A DNA stretch of 64,000 nucleotides, taken from positions 206,458 to 270,457 of the forward strand of contig NMRA01000194.1 of NCBI GenBank assembly GCA_002633005.1. The letters are read 5' to 3'. The stretch's first letter is position 1; each line of letters starts with the position of its first letter. Made by a program: the position numbers and the translations under genes. Shown here one piece after another: positions 38,001 to 50,000 of the stretch. The DNA comes from Phoronis australis. Its lineage: Eukaryota > Animalia > Phoronida. The notes under the pieces are model-generated. The model was not told the DNA's origin and searched no databases. It saw only the letters and a list, made by a program, of their open reading frames with translations.

Positions 38001-41000
38001 GTCAGCCATAATATAGATAATAATTGCAGGTGGTACGCAGGCCGCGCATGTGGGCCCATTGCACGGATCACCTGGAACCATTTTGGAGCTAATGTGTAAT
38101 TAAAGCCGAGCTGAGGAGCTAGAAACCTGACTCAAGGGTCTAGCAATGTGCCCAAGTGGGACTCGAACCCACGCCCTCATGTAAAGAAAGCGGGCATCAA
38201 TCACACAAGGCCACACTGCCTCCTCGTCACCCATTGCCAAGATGTTAAAATACCAGATCGCGGCCAGATATTAGATTGATACGGAAAGAGTGCTTGCTAG
38301 AAATGAGAGCGCTGCAATAGCACAAGGAGACTTGCACATCTGCGTCATTCCTACATTTCCAAAACCAGTCACATGACTATCACGTTGCCGCAGATTCAAA
38401 CAGCATCTACCCATCACATTCTGATGACGGTCACAGGCCAATGAGATAGAAAACATTTCATTAGATGACTTAGAAGCATCAGATGAACTGTTGCCCACTA
38501 ATAGCCAAGGAAAGAAGCAAGTATTAGCATCCACACAATGTTCTATCAAAAGGAGAATGAAAAGGAAATTGTAATCGTCACTTGGCCATCATTTTTGAAG
38601 CTGGCCAAAACATCATCAGACAGGCAGACGCTACAAAGATAAACACCAGTATGCTTGGCTACCTTGGAATAAAATCAATTAGTCCGCATCATCAAGCCCC
38701 GACTTACTGCAGTGATGAGGATATGACCAGGGGCTACACAGGTAATGACTGATCATTCACAGAGTCGAGTCGCTCAACTGTGTCCAATGGTTGGCGCCTG
38801 GCAGCAGTCGGCCAGGAAATGCGGACAAGTATTTAGCACGTAGAGTTTAATCATCAATTCTAATTTCTGCATCCCGAATTCAACTCTCATCTCTTGCAGA
38901 GGTAGAAAAACGAACTGTACAACTGACCTAATTTTTGGAGGGCCGCCATGACACACACAAGTCGATTGGGAAAAGTAGAGATTTATCACAGCCACTCAGT
39001 TTTTTAATTTTTACGTCTGCATTGCAAGTGGCTATATATGCAACAGTAAAACTTTAATGACATCAAAATGGCAAAATAATCTCAACACAAAATTGCGATT
39101 AGCATGGTAGCAGTGTACTGCTGCAGGCCAAATGCCCCACAGATGCACAGCATTATGGGTAAACACCGCATATCCAGAGAGGGCGCTGTTGGCAGAATAT
39201 AGTGCCACGACCAGTTTGTTACAGATATCATTTCTTGTCTACAGGCAAGTAAAAAAGAAAATCCTCTTTAACAATATGAAACATTCTGCACACACCTCTA
39301 TCATTAAAAGAGCACAAAAGTCGTTTTGATATGGACAAGATGAAACTTCTTTCATTTACAAACCATTTCAAACAATGTGTGTAAAATCATTTGAATATCT
39401 CACACTACACCACTGGCAGTTTGCTGGCATTATGGTAGCAAGGAATGCTGGGAAATCCAACAACAATACGACATCAAACCCCCAGAAAAGAACAGCGGAT
39501 GTCGCCTACCGACCTCAATATCACCAACTAGTGACAAGGCGCATTCCGTCATACCGCCGCCGTATTGTAAAATGGCCACTGTCAGAAGCAAACAGAAATG
39601 TTAATGCAACAAACTGCAGCAGACGGGTGAAACAAACAAATGGAGAGAGGCAGCAAAAACAGAGGTTGTATGAGAAAAATACCCCAGCAGTGTGTGAAGC
39701 CTTAATGAGCAAGCATTAGCCTTCAGGCACAGATAGTAGAGTGTGGTGAAAACTAATCAATGAACTTATTTTGTCATCTACAAATGTAAACCTCAAGGCA
39801 ATGTGTGTTGTGGCTGAACGACAGGCAACTCACAATATGTCAGACAACCACGTGCTTAAGAGTCATTCATATGGGCCCTAGGGGTACTATCACGCTAATG
39901 CTAAATTTGTAGGAAAAAGATGTGTGGTGTTCAAGTCAATTATTTTCGTCAAAATTACTAGGCTGCATATCAAGAACAAAAGCAGAGCAAATGAGTCAGA
40001 AAGAAAAAGTCGTCTAGAAAATAGATAATAACTTGCAGCAGCATTTCACTCGACTTAGTCGGATAAAAATGAAAATCAAAATAGGCCTTTTACGTATCTC
40101 AATATTACATACTATGATAGGATTCCATTTCGCTGCCAGCTTAAACATCAAAACCTTCAAGATAAGCCTAGTTTCACATTCGAATACGATGCAATGCAAT
40201 GCAATGCCTGTCACTTGAGTATTTTAGTTTGGCTCATTCAGCAAAATTCAAGAATGGATGAGTGTGGTGACGCTTTAAAATCTCAAAACATTTCGGTTGA
40301 AAGGAGGCGGTCTACAGAAGTTCGGACATGGAAACTCCTGCAAAAATGAGTTTTCTTTATTCTTGAATTTGGGACAAGGGTGATTTTGATACTCATATTT
40401 CTCAAATTTCGGATGCGTTTTTAATCTACAAAGAGGATAATTTTGTCTTTCCAGTGATTCTTAAATTTAGAACAGCCAAATTGCATGTTTCTACAATTTG
40501 AGACAAGCTCTGACCTTGAACAACTAATAAAATTTTGACTGTCCCAAATTAGAGAACTTTTATGGTAGCGAGATTTTATCGTAACGTGATGATGTGCAAG
40601 GTATTGTACTTCTTACGAACATAATAAGCCAACATGCAGAAAGAACGCTTACAATGGAAACCATAGAAACCATTTTGACACAGAGAGCTATAATTTTGCC
40701 ATTTGGTCTGACAAAAGGATCAATAAAATGCAACTAATTAAGGATAATTTGTCACAACTCCAAGTCACGTAGATTATCTGCCATCTTCACCTCAATAAAC
40801 AACTGACACAGATATCCTTCTAGTCATAGAAAACCTTTTCTAAATTGCCTTTTTACCATTTTTTAAAACTTACTGGTGTGCTGTCAAGTTTTAATTACCA
40901 TTTGTTCCATGACAACAGCTTAACGGAGCATAAAATGCTGAAAAACTCAAGCAGAACATTCACACATGACTTTGTGCACCAAACTCCGCCTACCATTTTT

Positions 41001-44000
41001 AGCCACCCTCTTTATTCAAACCATTACTACACACCCTTATCGTTGCCCTCATTCTCTAAAAAAGTAACATTTTACTGAAATCGTCTACGATAAATTTCCA
41101 GAATTTTTTTGCTGTCATTTCAGACCCTATTTTGTTGTGAACCGACCTAGTGTTTGCTGTGTCACGTGCTGCGTGACGTGAAACTAACTCATCCTTTCAA
41201 AGTACCCAAACAACACGGCTCACTCACTCATGAGCATGGCTCACACACCTGCAATCCCAGTTCACTAACTCACAAACATGGACACACACTCTTACAAACG
41301 TCACATTTTGATCATGACTAATTATTTCTTTACAAATTTATTGTATACCGTTATGTAAAAACAATGTTCATTCTGTACAAACTGTCGACACACCTTCACC
41401 ATTGCTAAACATATAACATAACCTACATGCTGTCCAATGTTCAAGTTCAAACATATCCACAAGCAAATTTAAAGCTGAAAAAGTATTGCCAACTTAATTT
41501 AATATGCACAACCTCTACATACATTCAAGTGGGTTGGCACTAATTCTTACTATTTTCGAAGAGAAATTTGACAAGATGAAGTTTCCCACACCTCCACCAC
41601 AAAAGTCCTGTCCACATACAGTCTCTCCCAGAACAAGATGCATTAGTTCAATTTACCCCACTTTAAGTGGAGCGTCCACACACACGCGCATGTGCACGCG
41701 CATCCGCACACACATGCACGTACGCACACACACGCAAGCGCGCGCACGCACACGCACACGCACACATCCAATTACTAGGATATGGCGGAAGCCGGTGCTC
41801 TGAACACCTAATGCGAATACAACACGCAAAAGAAAGCCTGTCTGAATCAAGGTACATAAACTACAAGGCTAACAGAATGCAAATCACCATGTCCGACGCA
41901 CGTACCTGCAAACACCGTTCACTGACTTAACTTCATGGGATCGGACACACAAAACACCATTCATTCACCCATGAAACATGGCCACGGACTCACATCCACT
42001 TAGAAACATAACACACAGATCAAAATAGAGAAATCTCATTAGACTGAATGTCTGTTGAATAAATATAACCAGTTTATCACTGATCACAACGAAGTAGACT
42101 AAAAATTAACCCACAACCCTACTTTCACCAAAGCGTGCAAAACCATCGATATAAACATTGAACACGATTTGCGCTTAATGACCTACCTCAATAAACCAGC
42201 TGACTGCTCATCAATTACAGAACGCAAATTAAGCCCGACAAAAGCTAATTTCGAAACGCGATAACATAGAAACAATTTACAGTTTGCAAAAATGGCCACC
42301 GACCTGGTCAAAGCACCATGTTTCAACTGTCCAGGATCATCTAATCAACCCAATTTCCTGGTCCATAGATCTGCGTCCATGGATTTTTTCTGAGTACGGT
42401 CTCCACAAGGAGATTCAACTGAGATAACGACCAATTATCGGCAACTCCCTTGAGAAGGTGTCAAAGTTCACCCACTTCCTGTCATGGCGCTAGTTGGGCC
42501 TTGAAGCGAGATGACAAGCGAAACTAGTCGTGTAAATGACCAATCAATGGAATGCTTTTCGATTAATTACCAATCATGTCTTGGACAACCTGTCTCCTAT
42601 GCCATTGTTTAATGCTGAGACCTTGGCCGCAGGTGTTGAATTCTCACAAAGAGACAACATCCTGTATAGTAAGGTAGCCTATATACATCACGCCTCTAAC
42701 CATGACCTAACATGAACACTCCAATCCAGATGTATGTGTACACTCAAAAATCAGCTTTCAGTAAATTTCCCAATTCCACTCATTGTTTTGAGTCATCATC
42801 TTTAAATTCTGCGAACTATCAGCTACATATTTTGCAGTATACATAAGTACCCTAGATATTACAAATGTAAAACTGAACGAAGTGGAATACCTTCCTGTGC
42901 ATCTCTAGTCATCTTTTCTTATTACCGTAATCGGTGGGGTTAACGCCCATGCTCAGTTAACCGCCCATCCCCGACTTTAAGTGGATTTTCGATTTAACCG
43001 CCCACTGCTCGGTTAACCGCCCCCCTGTGATTTTTGAAGATTTCCAGTTAAGCGCCCACCTCTCGGTTAAGCGCCCATCCCCGACCTTTAAAGAATGAAG
43101 AGTTAGCGCCTAGTGCTAAGGAAACGTGCGATTCCCCGACTTTTAGAAAAAGATCGATGATCACAATGAGTGCAACGACGCCGGGACTCCCGAGACGGTG
43201 GTTTAGCAATCTGAATTACAATACAGGTAACGAGTTATTGTTTTGGGTCATGAACTCACTTCAAAATATAATGCTTGAACATTTTTGTCTCTATTTTCTT
43301 CCCTTGTTTGCAAAGTTTAAGAACGCCGCCGCCGTCAAAAACCTCCGCTTTCAGCGACTTTGTCTGCCGCGCTGAGTTTCCGTCTGCAGTACACTAGATA
43401 AAACATATATTCGAAAAAATCAGGCCAGAAAAATGTGACAAAGGTTTTGCCAACCCTCCAAATTCTATTAAGGTGGGAAGCTCTCGTAATTTGAACACAT
43501 CTCACAACTCACGGAAAGATGTCAAATTCTCAATATTTTGATGAATATAACTGCCGGGTTATAGAGGATGTGGGGCGACCGAAGGGACAGTACAAGTTCC
43601 TTACTGGGTTACCGATTTCGTTGCTGCCTGTCGATTTCTGAATTCAAACGTTGGCAATAATGTATGTTTGTGTATGATCTTGAAGTAATAAAAAACGGCT
43701 AGTCAAATTTTGTTTTTCGCTTATTGCATCTCAGTCAAACTGGTTAGCAGATTTAACTAATGTCGCTTGCTATTCTTTACTATTCTTGCGTCAGTCTGCA
43801 CGTAAGCGTGACTGTGAATTATCATTTCCACATCCCCTTTTTAGCCATCCAGAATAATTTTGTTTATACATTGGCCATTTTCAGCCTGAACAAAAATTCT
43901 TACCATTCGAGTCTGAAATATCTACGACGTAGACTGCTTGACGATAGTGGATAGGAGATTCACACAGCTAGTTACAGGGATGGGCTTAGGGAGCATCGAG

Positions 44001-47000
44001 CCGGGAAATATGGCAATAGACTTGACATCGCAGTTTTGGGGAACATTGGCAACGGAGGAATATCGTAAGGAACTGGGTCTTTCCTAACAACAGCTAAAAG
44101 CACATAGTCACGCCCGTTTTTGTTACTTCGGACTGTCGCTATGTGTGACTGATTTGCAGTGGTGCACGTGCGCAAGTTCCCACACCTTGGAGTGCATGTT
44201 ACCTTGACACCAACATGTGATTGACAGGTGACTCACACGTAGGCCCTACGTGCGTGCTGAATACCGCCACTATCTTTGGCCATAAAAAACGAGATGCATA
44301 TTGAAAGAGGCCGTTATATTACTTGACGGCATTTCCAAGTCACGATTGTCAGCCGACTGAGACATTGCGCGATAACAGCGGGACCGAACAGTGCCGCAGT
44401 GCGATATTACAAGTGATATAAATAGGATAATCTGGACATCTTGCATGAAAAATAAATGTTTTTCCACCACGAAGTTTGGTAAGGTGATCGTTTAGAATAA
44501 TGAATTGAAACATTGCTGTTTTCTGACATTTTGTAACATATTTATGCAGTTGCTTGAAATTTTATTCTTGATCGACGACTGGCTCGACCACCCCCGATCC
44601 TTGTCTTACTTCTTTGCATAGCATGTTTGGCGCAACGGCAAGAGAGCAAGGCCGGGCTGTCGAGATAAGACAGCTAGCCGCAGAACCATACGCTGAAAAT
44701 GTCATTGAGTCACGGAGTGTCGACTATAACATCCCAAACACAAAAAAAAACAGAGTTAAGTTTTTCAAACTTTTATTACAACCAATTTTAAAACTGCTCT
44801 CTGACTCAGAACTTGACAGCTACATATAGTACGAGACTGTAACCATAAATTTGATGTCTGACCTCTGCAACACGTGAAGCTTGCACGCGCGCACTTAAGC
44901 AGGGTCACATCTTGAAACAGTTTTAATTCTAGTGGAGGCTGCGTGGTGACTGGTCGTCTGCGCACCGCAGGACGGCACGGGGCTATTACTCAGCAATTTT
45001 GTAAATTTAATAGTGAATGACTAATCTGAGGGCAAGAGAACCTTTGTTGGGATCATCCGCTGTTATGACGTTTTCACAGTCATTTGGCGACGTGACGATA
45101 AAGCTCTTTGAAAAGGGCTACGCGTTCCGAGTATGATTGTCGTGTCGGGATTTAGATCGCCAGGTAAGATTAACCGCCCAGGGCGGTTGTCTGTCGTAAT
45201 AAGCGCCCATGTTCGGTTAACCGCCCATCCCCTACTTTAGGTGGATTTTCGATTTAACCGCCCACTGCTCGGTTAACCGCCCTCCCCCGATTTTTTTAAT
45301 TCGCCAATTTAACCGCCCAGGGCATTAACCCGAACGATTACGGTAATTCTACATAAACGGTTTTATTTTCATTACATTCTGTGCAGATATGGAATTAACG
45401 AGTTACTGCCTGGTCTGTATAAAGTCTCTTGTCTAAATCCACCAAGAACTATCGTCATGGAGAAATATTTGGTCAACGGCAATCCAAGAGTCTTGTCTAG
45501 TGCACACAGTACACTGATACTGTATATGACCAAAGGAGTCACTACTTCCTCGCCACAATGTCGCATTAAGGGGGCATTTTCGGCAAGAAAAGTAATTTTA
45601 CAGTAGGGTGGATTTGAACCCACCAGCTCCACAGTACAATGCTGAATTCTCTGCCACTGATGAAATCTCATGTCGTAAATACCAGAGTAGTTTAAGCACA
45701 TTTAAATGAGAAAGACACTGGCTCTGACTTTTAAAAATATCTGAAAGACACAATGGCCCGAACTGGCGATTTGTAATCAAAACCAGAAAAATGCAACGGG
45801 TTAAGTTGTTTAACAGCTTTGGTCAAACCTTAACCCATGTAGTGATAATCCCAAAAATGTGATTTTGGCCATAAACCATCAAATAAGAAAGGCTTCTCTA
45901 AGCTCAGACAAACCAGAACAAACACTTATGGAAATCAGGACGAACTATGAAAAGTATGCAAGTCGACAGACATTCATACAACATAGCAAAGATGGAATCG
46001 CAAGTTGCACAAGTTGCACCGTTTAGAAAACATGGAAGACCAGAATCAATGTTTAATGTTTCTGCCGCGTTTCATTTCCTTGCAGTTAATTGCAAGCCAG
46101 AAATTTAATCACAGAGTCAATAGTTATAGGGAAACAGCGCAGTAAGTGATATTGGATTCACTTCCTCTTTAACAAAACAAACTTCGTCACCTGAATTTGA
46201 GAGAGACACAGAGCACGCATGAGTACAGTGCATTCTGGGACATTAGAAAGTTTGGTAAACATCATTATAAGACATTTTTTAAACATTGAAAGAGCAATGT
46301 GAGCGAACTTAAATTTCTTTTTAAATTACACAATGCAATGCAAAATGGAGTAAAAAACGCAAAGCCACACAATTTGTAAAACATCACAAAACATCTCCAT
46401 CAGCATATTTTGTGATTTATTAACCAATCGCCAAAATCATGTAGAGTTCAACTGAGACAAGGTGGTATAAACTAACACAAGAAACAGACCGTGTTCACAC
46501 CAAGCCAATGATGCAAGCAGTCTAACGAATAGAGCACAATTATTACATCGCTTAATTTCACATATCTCTGCTTACCAACACCTACCCATGATTCCATAAG
46601 CACTGTATAACAAACCGAAATGCATAATATATATGTCTCTATCTTACACAGCAAAACAATCCTTGATAATGCAGTCAACAGAAAAGGCCAAGTCAACTCA
46701 TGCGATTGGTCTAGACGGATACACACAACCTCACCACCAGCCAATCACGTCTCACACTTTCATGACACGTTTTCTCTAGTTTTCAAGTAATAGCTGTCAA
46801 ATTAATGCATCAGAAAAAAAACCCATTAAACAGCAGATATGATTAATCAGTATTTGTGGTATACTAGGAAAGTAAACAGTTATGCAATACTTCAGCGGGC
46901 ACAGGGAAAACTGGATCAGTGGGTCATGCTAATAGGAACAAACAAAATCTATATAAATAATAATAATACATATATTAGCAAATACTGACAAAGCAGAATA

Positions 47001-50000
47001 GTAAAGCAATATCAAACCAATGTAAACATAAACAAAACATCATTAATACATCAGAATACAGGGTGATTATGGTTATGAAGGGCCTTAGAAAAATGGCTAA
47101 ATTTGGCTAGCTTCGGAAAAATCATATCTCAGAAATGGCTAATCAGCTTCATATGAACTTTCAGATCTTACTATGCCTCACCACTGTTCTCCAAAATGCA
47201 GTTAGGAATCGCTTTAAATGATCCCTCGTACATGAGAGGCAGTCATAAACAACTTTTGTATAATTATGAAAAAGTGGCATGAAATGAAAACGAAATGATA
47301 ATTCAAAAATCATAACAGTGTTTTAGCAACTGATAATTTACATCAAATGAAATTTAGTCAATTTATTAATACTGTTGTTTTGCTATGAATGTATCTTTGT
47401 TTTTCGCTACATTTTACTAAAAAACATGGTCACTAGACCCAATCAATGGCCCATAGGTATATCAAAATTAAAATCTAGAGGGTTTCTGCTTTCACAAAAT
47501 ACAGTACATACTTTTCTTGAGCTCAATTCCACAGTTTTGTAGATATTTATCAGCATGGACCTACCTACACAACCATAAAAAAGACTGCAAGCGGAGCGGT
47601 ATGGTGCAGTGCAGTGTGGTGCCAAGATTCCATCAGACGTGTGCAGGCCAAAGCAATGTGTTCATTGCATAGCGTGATGATAGGTCTAAGGCTCTGACTT
47701 TTAAACCAAGGACTTCTTCCATTTTAGAGGTTCGTGTTCGCGTGTACACAACAGCTTTCAAGCTTTAATGAGCTGGTAGTTCCCATTAACAATTTACTCA
47801 CAGAATGTTAAATTCATGTGCTCTGCTGGCCAACTGTTCTTCAGTCAAATAAGTTTAGAAAGTTCATAACAACTAATTAGCCCAGAATCCAGCAGTAATC
47901 CAATTAACTTATGGGTAGTTCAGGTGTAATACTTGAGATGAAAGAAACGCTGAAGAGCTAGAAGTCGTTAACTTTCATACAGCTCACTTGCTTTAATTGA
48001 ACTCAAGCACTTGAGATTTTTAAGTGTGTCGATCATACTCAGTAAAAGAGTGGAGAATATGATTTAAACAACAGCTGTACGCAACAAACAAGCCAAACAC
48101 CATACCAGTATCTTTGACCATACCCAGACTAGTTAAAGGAGTATGAAACGACCAACTCGAAAATCAAGGGTGTGTATTAACGGAGTGTGGATATTCATCT
48201 TAAAAGTCAACATGGGCGAAAAAGTTAAATTCTGTGAAATCTCACCGATTTAGGACACCATATCGCGGACAAGTGAAGTTTCGTTTTCTCAATTTTATGC
48301 AAAATATGTACTGTAGCACCAAATGGACGTTTTAAAGGAGGCAGTGTGGCCTGGTTGATAAGTGCCCGCTTTCTTTACCCGAGGTCGTGGGTTTGAGTCC
48401 CACCAGGTTACACTGCTAAACCCTTGAGCTAGGTTTCTAGCGCCTCAGCTCGGTTTTAACCATACATTAATGAAGCATAAAAAATATTTCCAGGTGATCA
48501 GTGCAATGGGCCCACATACGAGGCCAGCGCACATCTGGTACGTGTATCAGACCGCCTGCAATTATTTTTTATATTTATAAAATGGACGTTTTTCATGTTA
48601 AAATTTGCATCACAGCTAGCTACCATTAGACAATGTTTTGAAAATTTATGGGCACATGCAGCTATGTTAGCAGCATTTGAAAATGAAACGTGGCAATTTT
48701 GGCCATTACTTTCGTCTGAATATGATGAGATTTTGCCGTAATCAGCCCCAACGATGTGCGACTCCCAACATTCGTAGGCTGCTGAACCTCTACCCTATCC
48801 ACAAGCTCACTGTGCCCGACATGTAATTTTAGAGTTCGGGCAAGATGCTCACACAGAACATACCCTGGTAAACGTTTCCTCCCAAGAACTGTATAAGTTT
48901 GCAGTTACAATTATTAGGTTATCGGGTTTTCCAAGCGGATTTGACCATTAGCGAAAACAATTTTGAATAATTAGGCCGATTGGGAGAGATCATCCAAAAA
49001 ATTCGAGACTTTGCGAGGAATTAAATCGGTTAATTAGTCTAACACAGGAAACATTAAAAGCTTAAAAACAATTTTAGATTTACTTTTAAAATCAATCAAA
49101 TGTAAGCATGAATGTTGAGTTATTTCTTGAAAACGAGAGAGCAATGCAAACCCCTGTGGCTATCTCAACGAGCAATCTTGACATTTCTAAAAATGTTCCA
49201 CTCATCTCCCACGGCAGAACAGCCTCATGGTTTTGAGTAGTGTCTACACGATCAGTTTGAAAGGTTATGGTCTAGGACAGAAATTAAAATCAAAACTTAC
49301 GTTCGCAGCGAACACAGGTGGATTCAAAAATGGATTTGTTAACTTAAGTGCTATCAGAGTTATCAATAGGTGTCACTGTCAATAACGACTCATTTTAATA
49401 TTTAATATTTAAGTACCGTATTTTCCACAACAAGCGCCCACTCCCCCGCCCATGAACGTCTACATGCAAAAAATGACTTACATACAATCCTAAAATTCTA
49501 CAGTCTTCAATTTATCAACAAGATTCGGCAGTCCTGAAAAGATCGTTGCGGGTGGAATTTCTAGACCACCAGCCTCGTCGCTATGTCGGTACGTAGCTGT
49601 GACTCCACACTTCTAACTTCCGACGCGCTTCAAAAACAACACAGGTTTTGCTGATCTCACCAGGAACCTCTCCCTCAACTATAGTCTGGCCTTTCAGAAC
49701 AGACACAGCGTACTTGTCAATGGGATTGAGTCTCACGTACAAAAACTTTTGCGTTATTTTTAAGAGGAATCGATACATAAATCTCAACAAGATTCCAAAT
49801 TTCATAGTACACGTGAAGACCGTGAATCGAAGCGTGCCAGTCAGATGATGAGCACGTGGCCAGGAAGCATGCGATACATACCTGTCATTGCAAACATTAG
49901 TCTTCGGGAACGATCTATTTATGAAACAACGGGGAGCACAGCATCAGCAAGACAAAAATATTGGCACAAATTTCCAAAAATTTCTAATACCATACAAAAA

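Noticed and set aside
38150-38223. tRNA gene (likewise 48337-48410, ~45600-45660 and ~47670-47745)
   Set aside because: A/B boxes are present but no complete cloverleaf was found; these are SINE heads or decayed fragments.
41504-41930. His/Arg/Thr-rich and Val/Cys-rich ORFs
   Set aside because: Translations of the CA/CG microsatellite.
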